A stretch of 38,342 bases of DNA, taken from contig JAUCBJ010007199.1 in the NCBI GenBank assembly GCA_032718475.1, positions 1-38,342 of the forward strand, written 5' to 3'. The translations under genes and the position numbers were made by a program. How positions within the stretch are numbered: position 1 is the stretch's first letter; each line of letters starts with the position of its first letter. Under the pieces are notes generated by a model, which did no database searches, was not told the DNA's origin, and worked only from the letters and a program-made list of their open reading frames with translations. Of this stretch, positions 1 through 11,397 are shown in pieces. Source of the stretch: Nemertoderma westbladi. Taxonomy: Eukaryota > Animalia > Xenacoelomorpha.

Positions 1-504
1 ATGCTGCTTCTAGTGTTGGTCTTTTTATTAACTCCAGAAAGACCAAAATTTTGACAGTTAACTTTGAAAGTTCTCAACAAGTCTCTGATCGGGTGAGCAT
101 AAGCTCAAAGGATGGTATGCTTGAGCATGTGAACGACTTCTGTTACCTGGGATCATGGATCCGGAAGTCAGGTGAGGACCTTCGAATACGTAAGGAAAAG
201 GCATGGAAAGCCTTGAATAGGCTTTCCAGGATTTGGAAGTCACCGAGAATTAATCGGAAACCTAAGGTCTGATTATTTAGAGCAGCAGTAGTTCCAGTAC
301 TCCTCTATGGGAGTCCATGCTGGGCTCTAACTGCTGAGGACACCAAATCTCTGGATGGCATATTCACAAGAATGCTACGCCGGGTTCATTGTGTCAAGTA
401 CAATGCACACATCTCCAACCAGACACTATATAACATTGGAGGTGTCTCATTGGTTCCCCCAAGCTTGACACTAGAACAAAATCGCCTCCGCTTTGCAGGA
501 CATT
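1..504 (+). mobile_element. RTE-like non-LTR retrotransposon fragment (family 1), RT C-terminal region, 3'-truncated
   Basis: Translates as AASSVGLFINSRKTKIL...FCYLGSWI...LLYGSPCWAL...RMLRR...RLRFAGH, the post-RT motifs of RTE-clade LINEs. There is a stop at 270-272 where other copies have CGA. Near-identical copies lie at 1682-2337 and 15379-15778/7254-7606. Confidence 0.85.
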
Positions 505-1236
505 ACAAATCCAAAGCGAATCAATGGAACTAATATGGTTACAATTTTTACACTGGGTTACATAAATACCGAATCTCAAAAAGGAATTGAAATAGAGAGC
601 AACACCTATGGAGATAAAGTGCAGGCTAATTTTACTGACAGCTTTCGTAATTTAACTCTAAAACTTGTGATGACGTGGGTTTGGTCTGAACGATATTGTG
701 AGAAAGCAAGATTCGTTATTGTTGGGGATCAAGATATGTTTGTAAATCCTTTCTATTTAGTCGAGTTTATAGGAAAGAATAAAAACCGAACTGGTTTCTA
801 CGGAGGCCATACAAATTATAATTCTCCAGTATATCGATCCATCGATAAAAACATGTTGAGGTACCAAGTAAATGTTGAGGATTATCCACAAAAGTTCTAC
901 CCTCCCTATAACTCTGGAGGATTCTACTTGCTTTCTAAAGACGTTGTATCTCATTTATTAGCACAAGTTCCCTCACAAATCATAATTCCTGTAGAGGATG
1001 CTTTTGCTGGAATCCTTGCTTTTAGCATTGGCATAAAGCCTGTGAATTTGCCATCCATACAAGTTGCTGTTGTCGATGAGGACAATAAGTTCATCAAGTG
1101 CGATTGGTTACAGCTTATAGCTAGGCATGGTTTCAGTCCCGATAAAACTCGTGCTTTTTGGAAAATGTTAGTTGAAATCTATCAGTTTCACAGTAACCAT
1201 CAAGTTACCATTAGAAATCATCAAGAATGTAACTAA
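493..1236 (+). CDS. GT31 beta-1,3-galactosyltransferase/B3GNT-like catalytic domain, 5'-truncated (fused to LINE sequence at 504/505; possibly a pseudogene)
   Basis: Motifs IFTLG, ESNTYGD..Q.NFTDSFRNLTLK, GDQDMFVN (DxD), YPPYNSGGFYLLS and EDAFAG match the Galactosyl_T/GT31 family. The TM anchor, stem and IRxTW motif are missing, and the ORF start TTG lies inside the LINE fragment. Confidence 0.8.
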   Translation: MQDITNPKRINGTNMVTIFTLGYINTESQKGIEIESNTYGDKVQANFTDSFRNLTLKLVMTWVWSERYCEKARFVIVGDQDMFVNPFYLVEFIGKNKNRTGFYGGHTNYNSPVYRSIDKNMLRYQVNVEDYPQKFYPPYNSGGFYLLSKDVVSHLLAQVPSQIIIPVEDAFAGILAFSIGIKPVNLPSIQVAVVDEDNKFIKCDWLQLIARHGFSPDKTRAFWKMLVEIYQFHSNHQVTIRNHQECN

Positions 1237-1540
1237 TGAGAAATTTGTTAGATGAGGAAATTTTATAGGAAGAATACCATTGCGATCTTTGGATATAATA
1301 TAATCATAATATATTATAATATTAATTAACAAAACATATAATATTAATTATTTTTTCATTTAAAAAACCATATTATTATTCTAATATATATCATAATATT
1401 TAGCAATGAAATAGTAAACTTAAATTGACAAAGACTACCTGTTTGTTTATTGTACATTTTCCATATTAGTACATATCAAATTATATATATTATACATGCA
1501 TGACACTATTAATATACGTACATGACTTTATTATATAAAC

Positions 1541-1681
1541 ATGACATTTTCTAGATCACCGCATCCTCAAGGCCATTGTCCTTTAAGAGGCGTCTCAAGA
1601 AAGTCAACCATGATAATTCACTCCATAAGGCCGCCAAAGCACAAGATTTTGCACAGGCTGGTTTACCGCCAATGCCCTGCA
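1541..1681 (-). mobile_element. Degenerate inverted fragment of RTE family 1 3' region
   Basis: The reverse complement aligns by eye with about 2082-2241 (QPVQNLVLWRPYGVN...TFLRRLLKDNGLEDA). Confidence 0.75.
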
Positions 1682-2337
1682 TGAGCACAAGTTCAATGAA
1701 TGGTATGCTTGAGCATATGGACGACTCCTGTTGGCATGGATCATGGATCCGGAAGTCAGGTGAGGACCTTCGAATACGTAAGAGAAAGGCATGGGAAACA
1801 TTGAATGGGCTTTCCAAGATTTGGAAGTCATATAGAATTAATCGGAAACTTAAGGTCCGATTATTTAGAGCAGCAGTAGTTCCAGTACTCCTCTATGGGA
1901 GTCCATGATGGGCTCTAACTGCTGAGGACACCAAATCTCTGGATGGCATATTCACAAGAATGCTACGCCGGGTTCACTGTGTCAAGTACAATGCACACAT
2001 CTCCAACCAGACACTATATAACATTGGAGGTGTCTCATTGGTTCCCCCAAGCTTGACACTAGAACAAAGTCGCCTCCGCTTTGCAGGACATTGCTTTCGC
2101 CGTGAGGACCAGCCAGTGCATAATCTTGTACTTTGGCAGCCTCATGGAGTGAATAAGCATGGTGGACAGCCCATGACTTTCTTGAGACGCATCTTAAAGG
2201 ACACTGGTCTTGAAGATGCGGATGATCTAGCAAATGTCATGGGTGATAGGGGATTGTGGCGGCGCAATTTTGTCGACAAGCCGGCACAGCATTCTTACAA
2301 ATGCAGCTGCAATGCAGCATGCCGATACTAGTAGTAG
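1682..2337 (+). mobile_element. RTE-like LINE family 1, 5'-truncated copy with intact 3' end
   Basis: Continuous similarity to about 94-504, then RLRFAGHCFRR...LVLWQP...WRR..., ending GCAGCATGCCGATAC(TAG)3. Confidence 0.85.
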
Positions 2338-2830
2338 CCGGCAACCGATCAGATATGTCCAGCTGTCTATGCATTCCAGAGCATGTTGTGTATTCAATGC
2401 ATGGTGACGGTGGTGTTTGTGGGGCGAACCACTAAGTGAGCGAAGCCTTAGCATATGGGTGCCATTGGCGAGTTGTCTGTCGTCGTCGTCTGTTGTCGTA
2501 AATCACAACAGATAATAACTCGGTTATTCCTTGATGAAATTAAACAAAACTTGGTATGTATGTAGTCCGTCAAAAGTTTAGAAGGAATCTGAAGTTTCGT
2601 CAAAAACGAACGAACGCAACGAGGCACAAGATGAGGACGAGTATTTTGTTGAAGACTTCTGAATAACGGCAGACAACTCGTTAATGGAACCCATATGCTA
2701 AAGGCTTTGCTCACTTCGTGCTGCTCGAAGACCCCACGAACGTGTATGAATTCCAATATGACTCAAATATTTATATGAGCTGAGAGATTAAAGCAATGCT
2801 CTGGCTCTCTTCTCTTCTCTTTATTACACA

Positions 2831-2930
2831 TACTACTACTACTACTACCAGGTCGAGCAAGTTCGGACAGTAGAAATTATATCTATTCAGGCTTCCCGTG
2901 TCCCAATGTTTGTCTCAGTTTTGTTTCTAC
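2831..2930 (-). mobile_element. RTE-like LINE family 2, degenerate 3' tail
   Basis: (TAC)n followed by CAGGTCGAGCAAGTTCGGACAG, homologous to the 3' ends at 19938 and 24161. Confidence 0.6.
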
Positions 2931-3107
2931 TACAGGATCTCTTTCAGGTTAGCCTAAATATGCACATATTCCTTCGCCATATTACATCTACTACAGGAGA
3001 TAGTAAGTTAAGTAGTATTAATATATTTGTCTATTATGGCAAACCTCTTAGCTAACAAAACGCTGAAACCCAAGAATAGCCTCTACTATTATTGTATATA
3101 TGATTTC

Positions 3108-3647
3108 TATATACCATGTACTGGAATATAGTGTCTTTATTCAGGTACCACCACCCCAATTTCTATACAAATCTTAATAGATTGCATGGAATTTGAAACA
3201 GAGATAGTTTCACCACCCACATCCTCAGTGGGTGAGTCAGAAATTTTATTTTTGCTTTCATTTTATAGCTACAAGCGTTTGGAAAAGGTGTCTCCGTCGA
3301 TATACCGCAGTTATTCGTTAACCATATGGTGATGTACTGGTACAGTTAGAAACCTGGACATGTAGCCAAACGCAATTTTGTCGTAAAATAACTGAGATAT
3401 GAGCGTGCAAATGTATGAATAGCGGCTACCTGCCCCTATTGCATTGTTGCCCTGCTACATATTGGATAAAAAGATATTCCAATGGAACTATCCAAGGGAG
3501 GTGAAACTATCTCTGTTTCAAATTTCATGCAATCTCTCACTAAGATTTGTAGCAAATTTGGCTGGGGAGGAGATGGGGGGGGGGGGGGGGGGGTGCATGG
3601 CATGGTAGATACCTGAACAACGACACTATATTCCAGAACGGTGTATA
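3108..3647. mobile_element. Long-TIR non-autonomous DNA element (dispersed family)
   Basis: About 3108-3215 and 3500-3647 are inverted copies (…ATTGCATGGAATTTGAAACAGAGATAGTTTCACC). The same family recurs at about 19480-19860, 23970-24160 and 24520-25330. Confidence 0.6.
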
Positions 3648-4062
3648 CCCAAGAACCACTCATTACTACTGATTTACCGATGCAGTAGTTTCATTCCATG
3701 TTCAATGAAACCATTACATTGTATAATATTTACACTTATTCGGGTTTAGGTCCGTGTACTACATACTAAATCAAAATTAAAAATCGACACAAAAAATATC
3801 TCCAAATATATTATACCATAAGTTGTAGACTTATGATTGATGGACATCGTCATCGGAAGCTAAACAACCAAAAATTTCAAAATCTATATAACAATCTACT
3901 TAGGTATCACTGATTGTCTTAATTAACACACGGATAACTATTATGCACCGTGAAATCTTCATAATGAGTGTTATTCCGTCGCACACATCATGGGTGACGG
4001 TGCAGAGTTGAATAGGGTGAGAAGTATGATAAATATATATAATATATAAAATTACATTAATA

Positions 4063-4483
4063 GGGTTGGTGCGCGAAAAAATTGTTGGGCTAGAAACAAT
4101 AGAATAATGGGTAAACGTAACAAGGTGCCCTGAATAGAGTGGAAGGTTTTTTTTTTGTAAAAACTAGTGTTAAGGGTCGAAATGGCCGGGTTTGTAAGCA
4201 TAAGAAGCCAATTTTGAAAATCGGTTGTGATTGGCTGCTACAGTTTTGACGTCATTACGCAGTGCTCTGATAATTTCTTATATTGTTTTCTATGGGGGTG
4301 ATTTTAGATCCATTTAAATTCACATTAAATCTCAATCATTTCACACGTCGCTTATATTAATTGAAAGCGGAGAGTCTTGCGCATCTTTTAACATTACAAT
4401 TTCTTAAATTCTTGATCATAAACATTGATAAATACCCCTTATTCAATTGTTTCTAGCCCACCAATTTTTTCGCGCACCAACCC
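4063..4483. mobile_element. MITE with ~50-bp terminal inverted repeats
   Basis: GGGTTGGTGCGCGAAAAAATTGTTGGGCTAGAAACAAT at 4063, with its near-perfect reverse complement ending CGCGCACCAACCC at 4483. No coding capacity. Confidence 0.75.
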
Positions 4484-5349
4484 AATTATGATTACCCAAA
4501 GTTTAACCACCGATAATATGTACTGTAGATATTTATTATATTATAATTTGGATGATTTATTATAAGGACAGAGTTAACTAACTATTGATTGGAGAACGAG
4601 AAAGTTCTCCATAGCAACATCCCAGGTCGCCAGGTATGGTGATTGATTACCCCACATTTATTACCGTAAAACTCACAATGAATGCTTCATATAAATGTAT
4701 AATTAAGTGTCAACAAATTCTCCATAGCTTACTACTACTACCTTAAACTCGCAATGACACATATAAATTATATATAATCGTAATAAAAGTTCCTGTACAT
4801 TCAGCTTTATTGACAATTTTTACATAAATTATTTATAAATGTCATTGGAGTGGAGACAGGTGGGAAACTTGACGCAAATCCCATATCGGCCAAGATTTCG
4901 TCGAAAGGTCCCCGTCGTGAGTTAAGGAGTACCTACCTGTTCGATGGGTTGCTTTGATATGGATTAGTGTGTTGTGTTGTGTAATGTTGTGTAATGTGTA
5001 ATGTTGTTGCCCAAAATAGGAAACAAAAGTAAAATGTAGAAATTTAAAATTTATAAAATGTAGCGCATACGGAACTTTAGCCGAAAAACAATGTTTTAGA
5101 ACAAGCATTTTTGTTCTAGAACATTTCATCAAAAAATTATATTTTAGGGATGCTGTATTTTCTAATAAATGATTTGTGTTTATAACTATTAATTAAAATA
5201 AATTATCATGGTAGCTAGTTATCTGCGTAGCTGTTATTTGAGATATTTATAGCTAGTATTTTCTTCATTAGCTAAGGCCTAGAAATAAAAAACAAAAAGT
5301 ACACCCATAAATAGGCCTATATTGCATTAATATCACCAAAGGGGTTGAC

Positions 5350-6540
5350 GACTCGAATATTTTTTTCCAGTTTTCGTTGGTATCATGAGAAAAAGCATGT
5401 GAAAAAACCCCAGAGAGCAATTTTACTTAACAAAATATTATTGGCAGTGTTATAGAGATTTTTAAAACGTAATAACTATTTACTTGTGTGTAAAGTAGCA
5501 CTTTACAGTGTGATGATACGAGTGGCTTTGTTACACGAACGAACGTTAGTGAGTGAGTGAAAATAAAGCCACGAGGATCAGAACACTGTTAAGTGCTTTG
5601 CAACAAGTATGTATGTAGTTTTATTCCAAAATTGTAACATTATGAAATGAATGATTTAATGTATATATATTAGAAGTGAGAGAAACTGCACAAATTAAAT
5701 TAGTTTCTATATAAATAAATGTAAAAGTGACATAAATTATGTTATAAATAAGTTAGCTTATATTTATGGTGGCGTTTGGAGCCAAGTTAATAGTTTATAG
5801 CTAATGGTTAGTAATAGCTTTCGGTGGGTAATTCAGTAGGCCTCTTGCTGTCAGTCAATTAATAATGAATACCTACTACTGTATTGTTTATGTGGTAACT
5901 ATGACGGCGTGACTTTACAGCCACGAAGTCGGGACATTATATAAATAATAATACACCAATACAATACTAAATGTACAGGCCAATTCAATGCTGTAATATC
6001 CTCTATAGTTGTAAAGAGCTAAATCACAACTCACTGTTAATACTAACGGCGTTAAGTAATGTTACTATTTTGGAATGAAATTAGCAACATCGGAAAATCA
6101 GGCCCTTTCACGTCACCCAGCGACAGTTGTTGTCAAGCGCAGTTGATTGGCTAATATAAAATATTATATTGCCGTTATTTAGATTATATAAAATAATTAA
6201 GTAAATTAGTATTTATTTGAATGGTCATGTGTTAAGAATGGATTATAGGATAGCGGTTGGAGGCAAATGATTCATATCAAGTAAATTTTCTAGAATTATA
6301 TTTATTTCGCCAAGAACTCCAACCATAATTACTTTACATTACTATATTTGCAATCTATTTAATGTATTTTATTGGATATATCGATGTCACTAATGCAGTT
6401 TCGATGTTGCTAATTTTGCGTTTTAAAATCACTCTTTTAAGGCCAGTATTATTTTTTGTAGAACAATTTCTCTCTGTGTTTTTTTTCACATGGTCTTTCA
6501 CATGAAACCAACAAAAACTGGAAAAAAAATTCCACTCATA
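5350..6540. mobile_element. Degenerate DNA element with ~125-bp inverted arms
   Basis: About 5350-5475 is an imperfect reverse complement of about 6414-6540 (TTTTTTCCAGTTTT..GTTGGT.TCATG.GAAA..CATGTGAAAAAA). Termini are not sharp. Confidence 0.55.
5497..6076. repeat. Imperfect 100-bp palindrome plus 20-bp inverted repeat pair; resembles non-autonomous Crypton-like elements
   Basis: AGCACTT..CAGTGT..TGAT..GTGGCTTT / AAAGCCAC..ATCA..ACACTG..AAGTGCT (5497-5597). ATTCCAAAATTGTAACATTA (~5624) is inverted at ~6057-6076. Confidence 0.45.
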
Positions 6541-6605
6541 ATTTTCAGTCAGTCACTCAGTCTTTTGGCAAGTAAGTCTTTTGTCTTTGGAAAGAATACC
6601 GTATT

Positions 6606-7175
6606 GGCACTACTACTGTACAGTATTTGTACCCATGGCCAGGATTTTTTTGTAGTAGCTAGTTTTTGCTACTTTTTTTTTAAATTTTCTATGTCATATT
6701 AGCTATAGTTTTGTAAAAAAAATGTTTTAGAACAAATATTTGTTGTTCTAGAACATTAAAAAAAAATAAATGTATATTAGAAATTATTTGTTATGTGTAA
6801 TAAATTGTTTAATTATCTATAAACGTTAATAGCTATTAATTTTCAGGCTAGCTAGTGATTTTGCAAGTTTAGCTATCAATTAAAAAATTCAGAAATTATT
6901 TGTTATCTGTTTTTTTTTAATAATAGCTAACTTGCAAAATCACTAGAGCTAGCCTGAACATTAGTAGCTATTAATGTTTATAGATAAATAAACTAATTAT
7001 TACACATAATAACTAATTTTTAATAAATTTGTTTTTAATGTTCTAGATCAAACAATATTTGTTCTAGAACATAGCTTCTAACATGAAATAGAATAGTTTA
7101 GAATAGAAAAAAAGTAGCAAAAACTAGTTATAGTAAAAAAAATATGGTCAAGGGTACACATACTGTAGTAGTGCC
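6606..7175. mobile_element. ~570-bp foldback (whole-element palindrome) MITE with GGCAC...GTGCC ends
   Basis: Left arm GGCACTACTAC..CAGTATTTGTACCC pairs with right arm GGGTACACATACTGTAGTAGTGCC. Pairing continues to a centre near 6895 (e.g. CTAGTGATTTTGCAAGTT / AACTTGCAAAATCACTAG). Confidence 0.75.
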
Positions 7176-7251
7176 TAACTATATATATAGTGCTCTTCTG
7201 AGCCAGTTTCAGAGCGCTTAATAAAAATATAAAATTGTAACATAATAATTA

Positions 7252-7253
<2 letters not shown>

Positions 7254-7283
<30 letters not shown>

Positions 7284-7606
7284 TGATCGGCATGCTGCAT
7301 TGCAGCTGCATTTTTAAGAATGCTGTGCCGGCTTGTCGACAAAATTGCGCCGCCAGAACTCCCTATCACCCATGACATTTGCTAGATCATCCGCATCTTC
7401 AAGGCCAGTGTCCTTTAAGATGCGTCTCAAGAAAGTCATGGGCTGTCCACCATGCGTATTCACTCCATGAGGCTGCCAAAGTACAAGATTATGCACTGGC
7501 TGGTCCTCACGGCGAAAGCAATGTCCTGCAAAGCGGAGGCGATTTTGTTCTAGTGTCAAGCTTGGGGGTAGCAATGAGACACCTCCAATGTTATATAGTG
7601 TCTGGT
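7254..7606 (-). mobile_element. RTE family 1 copy, 3' half with (TAG)n tail (split by the LTR element)
   Basis: Reverse complement of about 2005-2337; (CTA)n at 7254-7283; continues at 15379. Confidence 0.9.
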
Positions 7607-8064
7607 TGTGACGGGATCAGAGATCCCGACCGGGTAATTGTAGTACGCGTCACCGTTCTGCTTTGGGATGGTGCTAACAGCTTGGCCGAGGCCGTTGGAG
7701 AAAAACAATAAGAGTTTGGTGTTGTCTCTTGATGTTAGAAAATGATAGCACAATTAATACGGCAGAAATACAGATATAATAGATACCGGTACGATAGTGC
7801 CGATGACGGTCAATAATTGTTACCGGTCTGCACTAAACTGAATAACCAACTGATGTACCAATCCAAGAATCTGACATAATATATGATTGATACACTAAAT
7901 ATTGCTTCGCCTCCTACTCTACCTTGGCCTCCTACCCAATGGATGCTTTCCTGCTCCCTATCACGTGCTTCCCTCCCCTCTATTGGCTAATATGCTACTT
8001 GTCACCTTGGCACTCTCTGGGAGTGTTTCCCCTCTGCTGCTAGCCTCTACTAGCTGTGTTCCCT
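7607..8064 (-). repeat. 3' LTR of BEL/Pao element, lacking the outer U3 part and PPT (deletion)
   Basis: 458 bp matching 14735-15192 with two mismatches seen by eye; similarity stops abruptly after GTGTTCCCT. Confidence 0.9.
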
Positions 8065-8349
8065 GGGTATGTTGTTGCTACCCCTCCTTGGTGCAATCGC
8101 GAGCTATGTTGCACCAAGGTATCTGACGTCTCCGTTCGAGACAATTGTGGACTCCTTTTCACACAATTTTTAAAAACTCCCACTCTGAACTCACTCTAAC
8201 CTCATTCTACTCTATCTCTTATGGACCCTTCTGTCCCTTACTCTCTCTCTCTCTTACTGCTCGCTCCCCATACTTGAATTGCACTCCTCTCACTTCCTCA
8301 CGCGCCAACACCTCCTCTCAGTACTTCCCTCGTACTTCTCTCATACTCC

Positions 8350-9040
8350 TCTCGGAACTTACCCCAGTCCATCGGCTTGTGGCAGACAAGCCTCATGAGC
8401 TGGCCCATCGCCACTGCTCCACAATGTCCCGTGCCCGCTCCGTGCCCCTCCCGGAACTTGCCCCAGTCCATCGGCTTGTGGCAGACAAGGCCCATGAGCT
8501 GGCCCATCCCCACTGCTCCACAATGTTCTGGGTTCTCTACCACTCCCAAAGTGCCAATTTTCCTTATTCTTACCCCTGTCTGTGCTATCATCCTATCTAC
8601 CTTGCTACTTATTTCTTACCCTTAAGAGCGTCTTACTACTAAATACCCTACTATTACTATGCTATGCCTACATACTCTTTACTTTCTTACTACATGGCGC
8701 TCTCGGTGCCCACAACTTCTAACTTCTATGGTACTATGTACCCTAATACTGCTATTACCTACATACTGTAATGCTACTACCTAATACCTACATACCACAC
8801 TCTCTCACTCCGTGGCGCTTTCGGTGCCCACAACCCCTCTAATACTACCTCTATGGTATACCTACATACCATACCCTCTACTCTCTTTCTACTGGCGCTT
8901 TTGGTGCCCACAACCCCTCTGCTACTACTTCTATGGTATACCTACATACCATACCCTCTACTCTCTTTCTACGTGGCGCTTTCGGTGCCCACAACCTCTA
9001 ACACTCTCGGTACTATGTACCCTGCTACTCCGGTACTATG
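8350..9040. repeat. Internal tandem repeats of the BEL element 3' region (102-bp x2; TGGCGCTTTCGGTGCCCACAAC motif x4)
   Basis: CCCAGTCCATCGGCTTGTGGCAGACAAG occurs twice about 100 bp apart. The TGGCGCT..CGGTGCCCACAAC motif occurs at about 8695, 8813, 8893 and 8974. Confidence 0.75.
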
Positions 9041-10035
9041 TAGCCTGCTACTACTCTTGCGGTATGTCTATATACCACACTCCCTAATCTCTAACTTCTA
9101 ACTCTCCTCTTACTTTTACTAACTTCTACTAACTTTCTTACTTCTTACTAACTTCTACTAACTTTCTAACTACTACTTACTATCTAACTATCTACTACTA
9201 TTACTTTCTAACTTTCTACTTATTTTATTATAAATTTATTTTCCTATTAATGTATTTTTTTTATATTTATGTGTGAGAAGGGCGTCTCGCCCTCATTCCC
9301 ACCCCTCTCAGTCCAACATATTGGACGACTAAACTCTAAGGGATTCCTTGATCTTCCATCGATTCTTCCAGAAGGCACTCTCCCACTGCCCCCCTGTAGG
9401 TCCTCTTATCCTTCGCCACACTCTCCTTGCCAATTCCAACTCTCTAGGAATTGATTCTCCCTCCTCCACCACCCTAAAATCGGGTCTTTCGGTCGCCTTC
9501 TTGATTTCCTCATGGTCCCCTGGCAACAAAATGCCACCCATATGTTGTCGTCACCTGGCGGTAGAATGAAAAGAAATCAAAAGAATAGATAAAACAGAAT
9601 GGATAATAGTAATCCTATCCCTTTCCACCCTGTCTTCTTATTTGACCTCCCCCTTTTCGGTATGCCTCTCAACCGGACCGGCGTCTCCTCCGGACACTTC
9701 TCCGGACATCTCGCCGTCCACTCTTCTCCTTCCACATACCGATACTTGCCGGGGACATCTTTGTTCAATCCCATCGTCTCTAAGTCTTCCGCGTCGAATC
9801 CATTCTCCTCCGCCCACTCTCTTGCTGTAGCTTCCCCTCCTAATTCATCTACCGACGGTATTTCTCTGGAACTATCCTCTATCCTTTCACCACGCTCCAC
9901 TATGCGTGGTTCCAGATCCATACCCAACTCCTGGTATCCTTCTCTGGGCCGCTTCTCGTATGGGACTTCCCCATCGCCTGCCTCTGGTTTCTCCTTTACA
10001 TCCTCAATGGTGCCTGATAGCATGCACCCTGATGT

Positions 10036-11397
10036 CTATGACACCCTGAATGGAATCTTGGTTTTAATTGGGCCACTAAGCGTCCATCCGAATGGCGTGA
10101 GAATCGCCGTCGGATCCCGCTGCTTATTCTCTCCGAATATGGTCCTTACTCTCTCGTGGGCCGTCGGACAATCCATTCCAACTATGATGGATACCTTCGA
10201 GACGTCCACTTCTGGTATTGAGAACTCGATATCGTCCAGGAACCGGTATTGTTCGACCTTGATCCTAGTGGGTCGCCTGGCACTTATATTAATCAATTCT
10301 ATTATCTGTATGGGGTCGATGGTCGCCCCATAGTCACATCCCGGTGCTATTGCTGATATTTCGCACCTTCCCGTCCTCATCTCCAGGACCTCATCCTTGC
10401 TGGAGATAGTAGTTACCGCCATCCTACTCAGCCTCGTCTGTAACCCTATCTCCTTGGCCACCCAATTCGCCACCAGCGTGAAGGCTGCTCCGCTGTCAAC
10501 CAGCATCAATGTTGTGACTGATCGGCCGCCCTTTCCTGTTATCCTCACTGGTACTACCCCGAGTAGTACTTTCCTCTTTCTTCTTGCTCCCGTCGTGCTC
10601 ATAGTCATAGTTTGGCCTCCAGTCTCATCGTCTCCTATCGGTGTATCTCTACACTCTCCGAATCTGTGTCCTTCTACCACGCATCGATGACATAGTCCGT
10701 TTGTATCCGCGTAGGCTACACGATCTTGTTTAGGTAACGCTTGCCAATGCTTACAACTCATGGTCTTATGGGTCCCATCCCTATGCAATTGGCATTCGTA
10801 TCCTGGATTGTAGCGCTCCCTGTATAGCCCTTCACGTATCGCGCATAGATTCATATCTACCGGTTTAGTGTTTTGGCTTTTTGGACTTGGCTTACTGGGT
10901 ATGTTGGGATTATATTTGTTCGTGTTGTTATTTTGTTTCTTTCCCTGCCACGGTGTGGCCCTACTCCCAGCTAACTGTGGACTTGTAGTCCCCTGCGTGG
11001 CTGCATGTGGTAGCGACTGTCTTACTCTCGGGAATGCATCTGCCGGATTATGTTCGGGTTTAGGCCTGTTGTATTCAGCTTTCGGCGCCTTCCCCAAACT
11101 ATCCTCACTGTAGACTGGGTCTGTAATCAACTCCGCTTCGTAATTGAGGAAGTTCGACATTTCCTCTAAGCCCGGTTCCGCACCTTTCTTCTCCCTGATG
11201 GAGAAGGCGATCTTCCTCCACTTGTTCAGTAGCCAGATCGGCAGCGCCTGCTCTATCGTGGTGATGTTATTCGATGTGTTGAGTTCGTATGGTGCATCCA
11301 AGGTCTTTAGCACGATTAGCGCCTTCTCGACCTTGTTCGCGAAAGTCTTTATACTGACAGGGTTATCCTGTAGGCCACCCGATGTTATTCCCCTCAA
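10036..11397 (-). CDS. BEL/Pao gag C-terminal region, Zn knuckles and aspartic protease
   Basis: LPIWLLNKW (Pao gag-like), CQLH..H....C and CHRCVVEGHRFGEC knuckles, LVDSGAAFTLV protease active site, IIVGMD, and the Pao-typical AILTPFGWTLSGP. It stops shortly afterwards. Confidence 0.85.
   Translation of the reverse strand: MRGITSGGLQDNPVSIKTFANKVEKALIVLKTLDAPYELNTSNNITTIEQALPIWLLNKWRKIAFSIREKKGAEPGLEEMSNFLNYEAELITDPVYSEDSLGKAPKAEYNRPKPEHNPADAFPRVRQSLPHAATQGTTSPQLAGSRATPWQGKKQNNNTNKYNPNIPSKPSPKSQNTKPVDMNLCAIREGLYRERYNPGYECQLHRDGTHKTMSCKHWQALPKQDRVAYADTNGLCHRCVVEGHRFGECRDTPIGDDETGGQTMTMSTTGARRKRKVLLGVVPVRITGKGGRSVTTLMLVDSGAAFTLVANWVAKEIGLQTRLSRMAVTTISSKDEVLEMRTGRCEISAIAPGCDYGATIDPIQIIELINISARRPTRIKVEQYRFLDDIEFSIPEVDVSKVSIIVGMDCPTAHERVRTIFGENKQRDPTAILTPFGWTLSGPIKTKIPFRVS

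Noticed and set aside
1541-2337. Twin-priming 5' inversion of a LINE
   Set aside because: The inverted piece duplicates sequence already in the forward copy rather than sequence 5' of it.
2448-2756. 102-aa minus-strand ORF as the missing 5' part of the GT31 gene
   Set aside because: No TM anchor or IRxTW-type motif; no similarity recognised.
9329-10023. Reverse transcriptase remnant after the protease
   Set aside because: No RT motifs are recognisable in any listed frame; at most a diverged linker.
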